A stretch of 64,000 nucleotides of DNA, from positions 640,001-704,000 of the forward strand of contig JAXGZN010000002.1 of the NCBI GenBank assembly GCA_040776945.1, given 5' to 3'. Positions 29,432-40,132 of the stretch are shown here, piece by piece. Within the stretch, counting starts at the first letter, position 1. Every line of letters begins with the position of its first letter. Below the pieces are notes generated by a model. That model worked only from the letters and a program-made list of their open reading frames with translations, was not told the origin of the DNA and searched no databases. This DNA comes from Methanomassiliicoccaceae archaeon (GTDB lineage Archaea > Thermoplasmatota > Thermoplasmata > Methanomassiliicoccales > Methanomassiliicoccaceae). Both the position numbers and the translations under genes were made by a program.

Positions 29432-31216
29432 TCACTTTCTCAATATCTTTCGTTCCTTGCCGGGGACCCGCCTGAGCTTTCCGTTGTCCAGCGCCCATTG
29501 GAAGTTCGCCTTCTCCGACGGGGCTACCAGCACCTTGTCCCCAGCCGCATACTTGGTGCGGGAGGCCCAGTCGGTGAAGCCGGATACGACCTTGTAGACC
29601 TCCGCCTCCTCGACCACGTCCCGCCCCGGCCGGGCGCCCTTGTATTGAGAATAGCTGCCCTTGAACACCGTCAGCTTGCCGTCCCTCAGCTCCGCCACCT
29701 CGCTGCACGCAGAGTCCAGGAGATATCGGTCGTGGGTTACGATGATGAAGGTGCCGCTGTAATCGGCCAGCGCCATCTCCACGGCATGCTTGGCCATCAG
29801 GTCCAGGTAGTTCGTCGGCTCATCCAGGACCAGGAAGTTGAGGTCCATAGACAGGAGGAGCGCCAGCCCCACCCTGGCCCGCTCCCCGCCGGAGAGGGTA
29901 GAGATCGGCCTTTCCGCGTCCTTCTGGGTCAACATGAACCGGTAAAGGAACGATCTTGCTCTGGCCCTCGCGTCCCCTGCCAGTGATCTGTCGATCTGCT
30001 CCAGGGCGGAAAGCTTAGGGTCCATCAGGTCGTGGCCCTGGGCGAAGTACCCGATGCGGGCCCCCGGCGCGACCCACAGGTCGCCTCGGAACGGCAGATC
30101 GCCCAGGATGGCCTTTATCAGAGTGGTCTTCCCCGAACCGTTGGGGCCGAACAGACCGATCTTGTCGCCGCTGTCGATGTCAAGATCAAGGTCCTGAAAG
30201 ATCACCCGCTTGCCCCTGGTGACCTTCAGCCTCCTAGCTATGACCACGTTCTTCCCGGACTTCTGGGCGGTGCCGATGTCCAGGGTGAGGTCCTTCCTCT
30301 TGTCGGGCGCCTCCTTGACCTCCATTCGCTCCAGCATCTTCAGGCGGGTCTTGTGGGTGGAGGAGAACCATAGGGCCCGATGCTGCTCTTCCGCGATCTT
30401 TGCCTGCCTGTCGCGCTCCCGGACGTTCCTCTCGTACTCCTTGCGCTGCCTCTCCAGCTCCATGGCCTTCTTGTCCACGAACTGCGAGTAGTTGCCGCCA
30501 TAACGCCTGAGCCGAGCGTTCTCCAGCTCATAGACCTGGGTCACCGTCCGGTCGAGGAAGTACCGGTCATGGGACACGATCAGCACGGCGCCCTTGAAGT
30601 CCAGCAGGTGCTCCTCCAACCACTCCACGGCGTCGATGTCCAGATGGTTGGTCGGTTCGTCAAGGATGAGCAGGTCCGCTTTCTCCGCCTGCGCGAGCAC
30701 CTTCGCCAGCATGACCTTGGTCCTTTCGCCCCCGCTCAGCTCCGCGACCTTGCCGGACATCCGGTCGTCGATGCCGAAGGTCCTGAGGTGCTCCAGGGCC
30801 CGCTCGGCATCGCTCATGTTTTGCGGGCTCGATCCCTCCTGCAGCCTGGCATACTCCAAGGAAATGTCGTTCCAATCCATCCCCCGGGGCAGCTCCCCGG
30901 AGGCCATGATCGCCTCCAGTTCCTCCATCCGCTTCTGCTCCTCGGTGCGAGGCGCCGCGGCAAGTGCATCGTTCACGGTCGTAGAGCCATCGAACGAGGG
31001 GAATTGGGAGAGATACACGATCTTGTTGGTCTTGATGGACACCTCCCCGGTGTCCGCTCTCACCTCTCCCGTTATGATCTTCAGCAAGGTGGTCTTACCG
31101 GCCCCGTTCGGTCCCACCAGGGCGATGCGGTCATTGTCGTTGATCTGCATGGAGGCGTTCTTTATGAGTTCCTTGGGACCGAAGGCCTTGGACACGCCTT
31201 CCAGACGAATGAGCAT
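29432..31216 (-). CDS. ABC-F family ATP-binding protein
   Basis: Two ABC cassettes (GPNGAGKT/LSGGE/LDEPTNHLD/SHDRYFL; GPNGSGKT/LSGGE/LDEPTNYLD/THDR), GNYS linker, no TM. Confidence 0.93.
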   Translation of the reverse strand: MLIRLEGVSKAFGPKELIKNASMQINDNDRIALVGPNGAGKTTLLKIITGEVRADTGEVSIKTNKIVYLSQFPSFDGSTTVNDALAAAPRTEEQKRMEELEAIMASGELPRGMDWNDISLEYARLQEGSSPQNMSDAERALEHLRTFGIDDRMSGKVAELSGGERTKVMLAKVLAQAEKADLLILDEPTNHLDIDAVEWLEEHLLDFKGAVLIVSHDRYFLDRTVTQVYELENARLRRYGGNYSQFVDKKAMELERQRKEYERNVRERDRQAKIAEEQHRALWFSSTHKTRLKMLERMEVKEAPDKRKDLTLDIGTAQKSGKNVVIARRLKVTRGKRVIFQDLDLDIDSGDKIGLFGPNGSGKTTLIKAILGDLPFRGDLWVAPGARIGYFAQGHDLMDPKLSALEQIDRSLAGDARARARSFLYRFMLTQKDAERPISTLSGGERARVGLALLLSMDLNFLVLDEPTNYLDLMAKHAVEMALADYSGTFIIVTHDRYLLDSACSEVAELRDGKLTVFKGSYSQYKGARPGRDVVEEAEVYKVVSGFTDWASRTKYAAGDKVLVAPSEKANFQWALDNGKLRRVPGKERKILRK

Positions 31217-31487
31217 GGCCCTCGATATGGCCGCCCGGCCATAAGCTTTGCCCAGGGAACGGCGCGCTTGGACGGGACCAGCGCACGATGGCCTTTGCAC
31301 GCCGGCACCGCCCTCGCGGCCCGCGCCCTGCGCTAGTGGCTTTGGAGCGCTCGACGGTCTTCACGCATCTCTGCCCATCCTTCGCCGCCGATGACGTCGG
31401 AGAGAGGCTCTAACTCATTCAGGCCGAACGATGGAAAAAACCGAAAAGGAGATATGCTCGAGCTTTCTGTCAGTCGAACGATAGACC

Positions 31488-31706
31488 ATGAGGATCAAGC
31501 GCTCTGAGATCTACTCTCATGTTAAGAGCTATGAGAACAGGACGGACATGACCGGATTTCTCGAGTTCATCGACTCGCCCATTCGAGAGCTTAGGGTGAT
31601 CAAGCTCCCCGAGGACCGCATAAGGCTGAAGTACATCGATCAGCACAACAACATCCAACGTGTGGACGTCGGAGCGGATGAGAGCGAGGAGATAGAGTTC
31701 CCCTAG
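31488..31706 (+). CDS. Small hypothetical protein
   Basis: 72-aa ORF with protein-like composition; convergent stop overlap. Confidence 0.5.
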   Translation: MRIKRSEIYSHVKSYENRTDMTGFLEFIDSPIRELRVIKLPEDRIRLKYIDQHNNIQRVDVGADESEEIEFP

Positions 31707-32026
31707 GACGGGGGCCCGGCCAGGACGTTCTCGACCATAAGCCCCGCCGACGGGCGGCACGCCTCGCAGTAGGCCCTCATGCGCATCATGAACCGTTTGA
31801 ACATGATGTCCGATCTCCACTTCTCTATGGCCTCCATGCTCTCGAACGGCATGAAGCTGTAGAACAGCCTTGGATCGTCGGAATCCTGAACAAGGACGCC
31901 TTCCGAGGCGCCCATACTCGCCTCCGCCGTCCATTGGACCAGGTCGCTCCAGGTCGACCTGAACTCGTCCTCTCTTCCCGCCTTGATGGTCCATGCTCCG
32001 AACGAGCAGTGCTTCTTTGAGCTCAT
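31703..32026 (-). CDS. Antibiotic biosynthesis monooxygenase (ABM) domain protein
   Basis: W.IK.GREDEF...W, L.QD.DDP..F.S..FES.EA...WR motifs. Confidence 0.75.
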   Translation of the reverse strand: MSSKKHCSFGAWTIKAGREDEFRSTWSDLVQWTAEASMGASEGVLVQDSDDPRLFYSFMPFESMEAIEKWRSDIMFKRFMMRMRAYCEACRPSAGLMVENVLAGPPS

Positions 32027-32152
32027 GTCAGTTCCACCATCCCTGTATTAACAATCGTTCTCCTTGTTCTTATTCTTTTCATCGACCAGATTCTTCTTGG
32101 AATCTAATGTCGCCGGCGAAAAGGATATGCACCTCTATGCCCAGTAAGCATC

Positions 32153-32467
32153 ATGCAGGATGAACTGCGCCCGCCTCGTGAGTGCATCATCGACCTCGCG
32201 CTCCTGCTGGAGAGCGAACTGGACGAGGGCGATGACTGGTGCACGGGAGACCAGGTCATGGACGTCTTTCACCTCAAGCGGCGCCTCAGGGAGCAGGAGG
32301 AAAGGCTGGACCGGGCCCTCAACAAGGTCCGGCTCCAAGGCGCGGCACTGGTCCTCACGTCGCTGCAGAGAGTGGAGGTGAGGCGCGAATTGATCGCCCT
32401 CATAGAGGTCTGCATGAACATGCTGCAGGCGACCGACCTGCTGGAACCAAGGACCTGGGAGGAATGA
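32153..32467 (+). CDS. Hypothetical helical protein
   Basis: 104-aa ORF with coiled-coil-like composition. Confidence 0.45.
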   Translation: MQDELRPPRECIIDLALLLESELDEGDDWCTGDQVMDVFHLKRRLREQEERLDRALNKVRLQGAALVLTSLQRVEVRRELIALIEVCMNMLQATDLLEPRTWEE

Positions 32468-32571
32468 GCGGACCGAACATGAAAGAGGCGCAGGCCTCCT
32501 CCTCCAACATGCTCAGCTCGTCCCGCGGAGGCCTCGGCCCGTCCCAAGATTAATCTCGCATCGCCGCATTA

Positions 32572-33003
32572 ATGGAAGGCGAGATGAAAAGGGAACTGCC
32601 GGCGGACCTCAGGGCGAGAATGGAGGAGATGAAGGCCGCCCCCTTCGCTCTACGCTTGGGGATCGAGACAGTGTCCGTAGGGGAGAACGAGGCCGTTGTA
32701 AGGATGCCGGTGAGCGGCCTCACCAACGCTCTGGGGATGGCCCACGGAGGCGCGATCTTCTCCCTCGCCGACCAGGCCTTCGCCCTTGCGGCCAACTCCC
32801 GAGGGGAACCTCAGGTCGCCATCAGCGCCAGCATCACTTACCTGAGGCCGGGCCGGGGAGATCTTGTAGCTAGGGCCAGGAAGGTGGAGGAGAACCGGAC
32901 GACCTCAGTGTACGAGGTCCAGGTGCTTCAGGGGGACGCGGTGGTGGCGATCTTCCAGGGAATAGGCTACAAGCTGAGACGGTCGGAGAAGAAAGTAGAT
33001 TAG
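32572..33003 (+). CDS. PaaI-family hotdog-fold thioesterase
   Basis: N..G.AHGGAIFSLAD.AF..A.NS motif. Confidence 0.9.
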   Translation: MEGEMKRELPADLRARMEEMKAAPFALRLGIETVSVGENEAVVRMPVSGLTNALGMAHGGAIFSLADQAFALAANSRGEPQVAISASITYLRPGRGDLVARARKVEENRTTSVYEVQVLQGDAVVAIFQGIGYKLRRSEKKVD

Positions 33004-33026
33004 CCTCGGCCTTAGAACGATATCCC

Positions 33027-33200
33027 ATGAGGACCTGCATGAAATGCCTGGCCGAGAACGACGACCATCAGAGCATCTGCCGAGTGTGTGGAAGCGACCG
33101 GCTGGTGGTGAGGAAGGAAAGCCTGGTGCCCTGCAAGCACTGCGGAGAGGACAACAAGGCCGGGGACAGGGAGTGCTATTCCTGCCGCCACCCGCTGTGA
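33027..33200 (+). CDS. 57-aa double zinc-ribbon protein (not in ORF track)
   Basis: MRTCMKC...CRVC...CKHC...CYSCRHPL*, four CxxC pairs. Confidence 0.7.
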   Translation: MRTCMKCLAENDDHQSICRVCGSDRLVVRKESLVPCKHCGEDNKAGDRECYSCRHPL

Positions 33201-33850
33201 TCCAACGGCCCAAATGGACGTTCGTTCCAGGCCTTGGAGCCTGGCTTCGAACCGGCGGACCGGCCTGAACAGGCCATGGTCCCCCTCGGAGATGACATCC
33301 CCGCTGAGGACCGGCCGGGACATAGGGCACCTTATCCAACCGGCGGCGGCCTTCCTCCGGCGCAGCGCCTTCCCAAGGCCGGCGAATTAGACGATATCGA
33401 TATCGGCCCGGCTCATCCGGAGACAGGTGCTCTTAACCACATCCGTATCGCGCGGTACCGATGGCCCCAACGGCAATCCGGCGAACTGTCCGTGCAGGCC
33501 TTGGAAGGACTCAGGAGCCCACGTATCGAAGGCGCAGGATGGCGAGGGGGCGTTCGAGGGAGGGGGGGCCGCATCCGGCGGGGGGACGGCATGTCTTCTT
33601 CCAAGCGGTCCCGGCGATGCAGGAGGCGGAGACCTCGGCGACCTAGTGCACGGGATCCTTTTCGAACTAGATGTTGCGCCCGGCGAAAGAGTGGTCCGGC
33701 GCTTGGAGGGCCGGTCCGAGCATATCCTCGCTATGCTGGACCGCGTCCAAGGAGACCGCCGCCACGGGCAACGCTTATATTCAAAGGCCTCAGAACGTCG
33801 TCCTGCGCCGCCGATAGCCGGCGGCCATCGAACGCCTTCAGGAACAAGGG

Positions 33851-35149
33851 GTGATGGAAATGGAAAGAAGGAACACCATATTGGCCGCGGTGATCGGCAT
33901 CGCGATCCTCGCGGCCGCCGCCGGAGGGATATTGTCAATCAGCTCCGGCCCGAACACCGCCGATGTGACCAGCGAGGGACAGGACGACATCCGCCCGATG
34001 GGGCCCGCGGGCACCATCACCAGCGCCGAGGTCCAATCTGCCGCGGCCGGGCGTTCTAACGCGTCCGCACTTTCCGAACTGAGGGCGGAGCTGAACGCGA
34101 CCTCCAACACTACGGAGGAGCCCGATCTCCTGATGAAGGTCGGGATCACCAACAATCGGGACAGCGGCGTCACGCTGAACGCAACAGGCTTCATGGCCGT
34201 TCTGGACAACGGTTCAAGGGCTCAAGCCCTCAATGATCGGGACATCACCATCGGACCGAACGAGACCGCCTTCCCGGTGCTCGCCTTCCGGACCAATGGC
34301 TGCGAGGTGAGGTCAGCGGGCTATAGCGAAGGCCCGGTGCCTTTCTCCATCAGCATAGTCTCCCAGGATGCCGGCGGAGCGCTGCCTGACATGGTGACGG
34401 CGAGGTCCCCGTCGGGATGTCTGACCGTTCCGGAAAACCTGAGCTTTGCCAGCCTTGCGGCATGGAACATAACGGCGAACGGCAGCTCGCCCATCGACCT
34501 GAGGTTGGGCAACGGGAGCGCCGTGCTCGCAGTGATGGCCGTGACCAATAAGAACGCATCGATAGCGGAGCTAAAGGCAACGGACCTCTGGCTCGACGTG
34601 GGCAACGATACCTGGGTCAGAGGGGACGCGGGGATGAACAACAACCTGCCTTCCTTCCTGGGCAGTGATACCACGGTGCCTTTCCTGATCGGCTTCAGGC
34701 TGTCGGAGAACATGACCGCCAGCGGCAAAGCCTACTATTGGCCTGACCAGGGCCCCACAGCGGCCGAGATCCCGCTGAGGATGGAGAGTGCGGCCAAGGG
34801 CGCCGCGGGATTGGCCCTCTGGAGCATCTGGGGGCCTGGCATGAAGAGTGGGGGCAACGCCTCTGACGCCGACAACGCCACCGCCGCGTCCGACCGGACG
34901 GGCGCCGCAATGCTGAAAGTCAGGCTGCTGGCGATCGGCGACAATGCATCTGTGTCGGGCATAAGCGGCGTCAGGGTCTGGACCCTGAAGGGCGGTGCTG
35001 TGAACGTCACGCCCGCGGCCGGCAAGGACGGCCGGAGCCTCGATGTGAGCCTCGAACTGGCAAAAGGTGACGTGGCGACTCTGGTGCAGTACGAAATGGG
35101 CGGCGAGACCCGGTTCGTATGGCTGAGGCCGCTGGTGGCTAGGAAATAG
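33851..35149 (+). CDS. Membrane-anchored secreted protein with Ig-like (DUF4352-like) repeats
   Basis: N-terminal TM; many N-x-S/T sequons; repeated V..TN motifs. Confidence 0.6.
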   Translation: MMEMERRNTILAAVIGIAILAAAAGGILSISSGPNTADVTSEGQDDIRPMGPAGTITSAEVQSAAAGRSNASALSELRAELNATSNTTEEPDLLMKVGITNNRDSGVTLNATGFMAVLDNGSRAQALNDRDITIGPNETAFPVLAFRTNGCEVRSAGYSEGPVPFSISIVSQDAGGALPDMVTARSPSGCLTVPENLSFASLAAWNITANGSSPIDLRLGNGSAVLAVMAVTNKNASIAELKATDLWLDVGNDTWVRGDAGMNNNLPSFLGSDTTVPFLIGFRLSENMTASGKAYYWPDQGPTAAEIPLRMESAAKGAAGLALWSIWGPGMKSGGNASDADNATAASDRTGAAMLKVRLLAIGDNASVSGISGVRVWTLKGGAVNVTPAAGKDGRSLDVSLELAKGDVATLVQYEMGGETRFVWLRPLVARK

Positions 35150-35169
35150 GCCTCCACGGCCTTTTTTTA
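35148..35169 (+). terminator. GGCC hairpin plus oligo-T terminator
   Basis: AGGCCTCCACGGCCTTTTTTT between convergent genes. Confidence 0.55.
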
Positions 35170-37176
35170 TTATCTCACTTGATCGATGGAGGCCCCGCTC
35201 TTCCGGGGAAGCAGCACGACGAACCTGGCGCCCAAGGTATGGTCCCCGGGCACCCGGTCCTCCACCCAGACCCTTCCTCCGATCTCCGACACGATGTTCG
35301 CGACCAGGAACAGTCCCATGCCGTGGCCGGACGCCCTGGTTTGACCGCGCTCTCCCCTTGAGAAGAGAACGCTCTTCTGCGGGTCCGGTATCCCTGGTCC
35401 GTTGTCAGCGACGTCGACCCGGACATAATCGATGCCTTGATGATAGTAGGGTCGAACCGTCACCACTATGCTCGCCTTCCCTCCCGAATGCTTCACCGCG
35501 TTATCGATGAGGTTCGCGAACAGGTCCGGCAGAAGCTCGGTGGCGGTCACCACGGCATCATGCGTGCCGGAGTACATTATCTCCACACCGTCCCCGTGCG
35601 GCAGGACCTGCCCTATCGCCGCAGGAAGGACCGTGTCCAGGTCAACGTGGGTGACCGGGGATGGCCCGCGATCGTGGACCCGCCTGATCGTATCTATCAA
35701 GCGGGCGGAATCGCCCAGCGAGCTCAGGGCCTTCTCTATCCACTTGGCCGTTCTCGCGTCCTCAAGTCCCGATCGGTCGATGAGCTGCAGGTAGCCCGAG
35801 GCGGCGGTCAGGGAATTGGAGACGTCGTGGGTGAGCAGGTCGATGTAGAACTCGGCCCTTTCTCTGGCCTCCTTAAGCTTCTGCTCAAGCCTGATGCGTT
35901 CGGTAATATCATGCTGGACCGCCACCGCGCCGAGGAGCCTGCCGCTCCCATCGGTTATCGGGGCGGCGGAATTGAGGATTGTGCCGAAGGACCCGTCCAG
36001 CCTCTCGATGTCGATGGCCACCCCCAGGGTGGTCTCTCCGTGCTTCAATGCCTTGACCACGGGGCACTCCCTCACCGGCCCTCCGCCATCTGAATAGTAC
36101 GCGGGCAGGCCGCAAAGCTCGTCGATAGTCGTGGAGGGTGCAGGCCTCCCTCCCCAGATCTTAGAGCGGAGCGCGTTCGATTCTATCTCCCGGCCATTCT
36201 GGTCGGTGATAAGTATGCCTACCGGCAGCGTGTCGATGATCGTCCGGAGACGGGACCGCTCCTCATTGGCCAGCCGTTCCGAGCGCCTTACCGACTCATA
36301 TGCCCGGGCATTGGAGATGCCCGATGCGATCCTCTCCGCGGCCACGGTCAGCAGGGACGTCTCGCGGGCGCTCTCCTCGTGGCGCTCGGTCCATTCCACC
36401 TCCAGCACTCCCCCCTTCTCCCCGTCGATGTCGAATGGTACCTTGAGCAACGAGACCTCCCGCCGGCCATCCTCGCTGGGAACGCGTCCGAAGAACGCCC
36501 GGCCATCTCCGATGACCCGTTTGTTGAGGTCCAGGTCCAGGGCCGGGTCCGCCCTTGTGCTCCTGCTGTCAATGCCAGAGCAGGCCTTGAGCCTGAGGCC
36601 GCCGTCGTCGACCAGCAGCAGGGCCGCGCGGTCCGCGCTCATCACCGAGCGGAGGGTGCCCAGGACCGAGCGCATGATGGTCTCCAGGTCAAGCGTGGCC
36701 ACCGCCGCGCTGGCCACTTCCTCCAGGGCATGGAGGTCGTTCTCGGTGCGCTTCCTCTCGATCGCGAAGAGCATCGAGCGGACCAGCTCATAGGACCGGA
36801 CCTCGCCTTTGACCAGATAGTCCTGCGCTCCCGCCTGCACCGCGGTCCGGGCGAACGCGTCGTCGACATTGCCGGTGATTATGACCACGGGGGTGCGGGG
36901 CACCACCTCCTGCACCGAGGTTACGGTATCGAAACCAAAGCTGTCAGGCAGGTTAAGGTCCAGGAGCACGATGTCGAACCTCTCCCGGCCAAGCCTCTCC
37001 AGGGCCGGCCTCAGCCTGCTCTCGCTGTGCAGCTCGAAGAGCGGCTCGCGCGAGGACCCCAGGGCGGCCTCGATGAGGGCCGCGTCGCCTGGATTGTCCT
37101 CGACCAGCAATATCCTCAGGGCACCCCGGGAAGGCTGGGCAGTGGTGGTCCGGGCCGTTATCATGATCGACGCCAA
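35170..37176 (-). CDS. Hybrid sensor histidine kinase (REC-GAF-PAS-HisKA-HATPase)
   Basis: LLVEDN, LLDL.LPD, DYLVK; H-box THDVSN; NLIDNAVKH, DNGPG and GMGL motifs. Confidence 0.92.
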   Translation of the reverse strand: MASIMITARTTTAQPSRGALRILLVEDNPGDAALIEAALGSSREPLFELHSESRLRPALERLGRERFDIVLLDLNLPDSFGFDTVTSVQEVVPRTPVVIITGNVDDAFARTAVQAGAQDYLVKGEVRSYELVRSMLFAIERKRTENDLHALEEVASAAVATLDLETIMRSVLGTLRSVMSADRAALLLVDDGGLRLKACSGIDSRSTRADPALDLDLNKRVIGDGRAFFGRVPSEDGRREVSLLKVPFDIDGEKGGVLEVEWTERHEESARETSLLTVAAERIASGISNARAYESVRRSERLANEERSRLRTIIDTLPVGILITDQNGREIESNALRSKIWGGRPAPSTTIDELCGLPAYYSDGGGPVRECPVVKALKHGETTLGVAIDIERLDGSFGTILNSAAPITDGSGRLLGAVAVQHDITERIRLEQKLKEARERAEFYIDLLTHDVSNSLTAASGYLQLIDRSGLEDARTAKWIEKALSSLGDSARLIDTIRRVHDRGPSPVTHVDLDTVLPAAIGQVLPHGDGVEIMYSGTHDAVVTATELLPDLFANLIDNAVKHSGGKASIVVTVRPYYHQGIDYVRVDVADNGPGIPDPQKSVLFSRGERGQTRASGHGMGLFLVANIVSEIGGRVWVEDRVPGDHTLGARFVVLLPRKSGASIDQVR

Positions 37177-37325
37177 TGGATTTCCACCCCGGCCGATTTA
37201 TACCATTCCCTGGGTGGAACGTCCTGGCGGTGGCATTTCCGTGAGGGACGCTCATGGACAGGACCGCGGCCCGAGAAGGGGAAGCTTATTTCCATGACCT
37301 TCGACATTCGGAGGGAGCGATAGAC

Positions 37326-39122
37326 ATGGCCGAGCCGATAAGATGGGACCTCTCACAGCTGGTCAAGGACACTGATGCAGATTCGATCATCTCCGAGCTT
37401 GACCGGCTGGTCGCCGATGCGGTCAAGTTCCGGAACAAGTACCAGGGCAACATTACCGGCCTGGACGCCGCGGGGGCCCTGAGCTTCCTTGAGGAGCGCG
37501 ATGACCTGTACGTGAGGCACGAGGGGCCGGTCATGTTCGCCCAGCTCCTGTACGCCGCGGATTCCACGAACCCGGTGGCCAAACGCCTCAACGACGCGGT
37601 GCGGAAGGCCGGCACCAGGGCAGGCCAGGAGATGGCCTTCTCCGATATCGAGTTCGGGGAGCTGCTGAAGAAGAGGCCTGAGCTGGTGAACGACCCTGTG
37701 CTCAAGGAGTACCATCATTACCTGGAGAAGGTGCTGGCCAGGGTGCCCCACCTGCTGTCGGAGAGCGAGGAGAAGCTGGTTATGGCCAAGGACCAGAACG
37801 GGGTTGACGCTTGGTCGCAGCTCCAGCAGGATTGGCTGTCCACGAGGACGTTCAAGTTGGGCATCGACGGCGAGATTAAGGAGCTTGCCTACGGCGAGAT
37901 AATCAGCTATTATTCTGACCCCGATCGCGAAAAGAGGCGCGGCGCCAACAGCGTGGTATATTCGGAACTGGGGAAGGACGACATCCTTTGGTCCTCGGCC
38001 ATACGTTCGATCTGCTCCGACCATCTTCACATGTGCGAGTGGCGCGGTTACTCGAGACCGGTGGAGCCCAGCCTGCTGGACAACGACGTGGACGCCGCGG
38101 CCATTGATGCTCTAATGAACGTCATGCGCAAGAGCGCGCCCATTTACCGCCGATACCTCAAGCTCAAAGCGAAGCTCCTAGGCCTCGAGGTTCTCGGGAA
38201 CTGGGACCTACAAGCGCCCCTGCCGGGAGCGCCGGACACCAAGTACGATTGGTCCAGGTCCCGGGACCTGGTCACCAAGGCCTACCGATCGTTCGACCCC
38301 CAGTTCGCTTCCTGGGCCGATGAGATGTACGCCCGGTCCCACATCGACGCGGAGCCTCGTAAGGGAAAGGCCAGCGGGGCCTTCTGCAGCTATTGGTACT
38401 CCGGGAAGAGCGCCTACGTGCTGCAGAGCTTCAACGGCCGCCGGAGCGACGTATATACGCAGGCCCACGAACTGGGACACGCCATCCACGCCTATCTGGC
38501 TTCGAGGGCCCAGAAGCTGAGCAACTTCAGCGCGGGATCGTGCATAGCCGAGACCGGATCGATCTTCGGGGAGCTCCTGCTGACAGACCAGCTCCTGAAG
38601 GACGCGTCCTCCGGTGCGGAGCAACTGGCGGTCCTGGACACGGTGTGGGAGGAGTTTGGCATGGCGGCCTTCCAGGTAAGCGCCAGGTACCACTTCGAGC
38701 AGAGCATGTACGACGCCATCAAGGCCGGCAGGTTCTTGGACGGGGAGACCGTGGCCGCTCTCTGGACCAAGGCGCGGGACGACGTGTACGGGGACGCCGT
38801 GGAATGGCTGCCGGAGATGAAGTGGGAATGGACGATGAAGATGCACTACTACATCCCCAACTACCGCTTCTACAACTATCCTTACGTGTTCGCCCAGTTG
38901 TTCGTATACGCCCTGTACAAGCTGTACCAGGAGCAGGGACCGGCCTTCGTGCCCAAGATGAAGGCCCTTCTGTCCGCCGGCTCCAGCCGGTCGCCGGCCC
39001 AGCTGGCGAAGGACCAGGGCTTCGACATCACCACCGAGGGGTTCTGGCAGAAGGGGATCGACCAGGCAGTGGTCTTCCTGGAGAGGATGGAATCGCTGGC
39101 CGGCGAGAGGGGCGGGGCTTAG
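37326..39122 (+). CDS. pepF: Oligoendopeptidase F (M3B)
   Basis: WDL, PHLLSE.EE, GK.SGAFC, HELGH, AETGS.FGE and FYNYPY motifs. Confidence 0.92.
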   Translation: MAEPIRWDLSQLVKDTDADSIISELDRLVADAVKFRNKYQGNITGLDAAGALSFLEERDDLYVRHEGPVMFAQLLYAADSTNPVAKRLNDAVRKAGTRAGQEMAFSDIEFGELLKKRPELVNDPVLKEYHHYLEKVLARVPHLLSESEEKLVMAKDQNGVDAWSQLQQDWLSTRTFKLGIDGEIKELAYGEIISYYSDPDREKRRGANSVVYSELGKDDILWSSAIRSICSDHLHMCEWRGYSRPVEPSLLDNDVDAAAIDALMNVMRKSAPIYRRYLKLKAKLLGLEVLGNWDLQAPLPGAPDTKYDWSRSRDLVTKAYRSFDPQFASWADEMYARSHIDAEPRKGKASGAFCSYWYSGKSAYVLQSFNGRRSDVYTQAHELGHAIHAYLASRAQKLSNFSAGSCIAETGSIFGELLLTDQLLKDASSGAEQLAVLDTVWEEFGMAAFQVSARYHFEQSMYDAIKAGRFLDGETVAALWTKARDDVYGDAVEWLPEMKWEWTMKMHYYIPNYRFYNYPYVFAQLFVYALYKLYQEQGPAFVPKMKALLSAGSSRSPAQLAKDQGFDITTEGFWQKGIDQAVVFLERMESLAGERGGA

Positions 39123-39146
39123 GCCCTACGGGCCTCGGGAGGCGAG

Positions 39147-40076
39147 GTGATGTTCCGCACCGCAGCTGGACGATTGGCGCACACCTATTCTATAGTGGCC
39201 CGGGACCCGGACACCGGGGAGATGGGCGTGGCGGTCCAGTCCCACTGGTTCTCGGTCGGCAGCGTGGTCGCCTGGGCCGCAGCGGGCGCAGGAGCGGTGG
39301 CAACCCAATCCATGGTCAACCCGCTCTTCGGCCCCCTTGGGCTTGAGCTGCTGAGGAACGGAAGGACCGCGGCCGAGACCGTGGCCGAGCTGATAGCGGC
39401 GGACGAGCATCGAGAGGTCCGACAGCTCGCAGTGGTCGATGGCAGCGGAAGGACCGCGGCGTTCACCGGAGATAGATGCATACCTCAGTGCGGCCATCTT
39501 GCCGGCAACGGTTTCTCGGTCCAGGCGAACATGATGACCTCCGGCGAGGTATGGCCGTCGATGGCCAGGGCCTTCGAGCGCGCCGAAGGCCCCCTGGCCG
39601 AGAGGATGGTGGCTGCCCTGGAGGCTGCCGAGGCGGAGGGCGGCGATTTCCGCGGAAGGCAGTCGGCCGCCCTGCTGGTGGTGAGGGGCGAGCCCACCGG
39701 GAACGTCTGGAAGGACCGCTTGATCGACCTGAGGGTCGAGGACCACAACGATCCGGTGGCCGAGCTGAGGAGGCTTCTCAAGGTCCACCGGGCCTATGAG
39801 AGCATGAACGAGGGCGACCTGGCGCTGGAGAGGGGCGACATGGCCGCGGCCATGGAGCTTTACGGCTCGGCCCGGAGGCTGTGCCCCGACAACGAGGAGA
39901 TGATGTTCTGGCACGCCGCCATGCTCGCGAACAACGACCGGTGGGAGGAGGCGCTCCCCCTCTTCGCCGGATCCTTCTCCAGGAACCCCCGGTGGAGGGA
40001 CGCGGTCCCGGACCTGGCGAGGCTCGGGCACCTGCGGATGACCCCGGAGCAGGTCGAGAAGGTCCTCAAGCTCTGA
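39147..40076 (+). CDS. DUF1028 Ntn-hydrolase-like protein with C-terminal TPR
   Basis: TYSIVARD, GAVATQ, RQ, GGD.RG.QSAA and DLRVEDH..P..EL motifs. Confidence 0.85.
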   Translation: MMFRTAAGRLAHTYSIVARDPDTGEMGVAVQSHWFSVGSVVAWAAAGAGAVATQSMVNPLFGPLGLELLRNGRTAAETVAELIAADEHREVRQLAVVDGSGRTAAFTGDRCIPQCGHLAGNGFSVQANMMTSGEVWPSMARAFERAEGPLAERMVAALEAAEAEGGDFRGRQSAALLVVRGEPTGNVWKDRLIDLRVEDHNDPVAELRRLLKVHRAYESMNEGDLALERGDMAAAMELYGSARRLCPDNEEMMFWHAAMLANNDRWEEALPLFAGSFSRNPRWRDAVPDLARLGHLRMTPEQVEKVLKL

Positions 40077-40132
40077 TGTTCGCCGAGGACGACGTGAGGC
40101 GCCCGGCGATAGAATGCACCGAGGAGGCCGTT

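Noticed and set aside
33201-33850. Possible decayed gene or ncRNA in a GC-rich gap (similar gaps at 28130-28520 and 51130-51600)
   Set aside because: No frame gave a recognisable motif and no RNA family consensus was evident.
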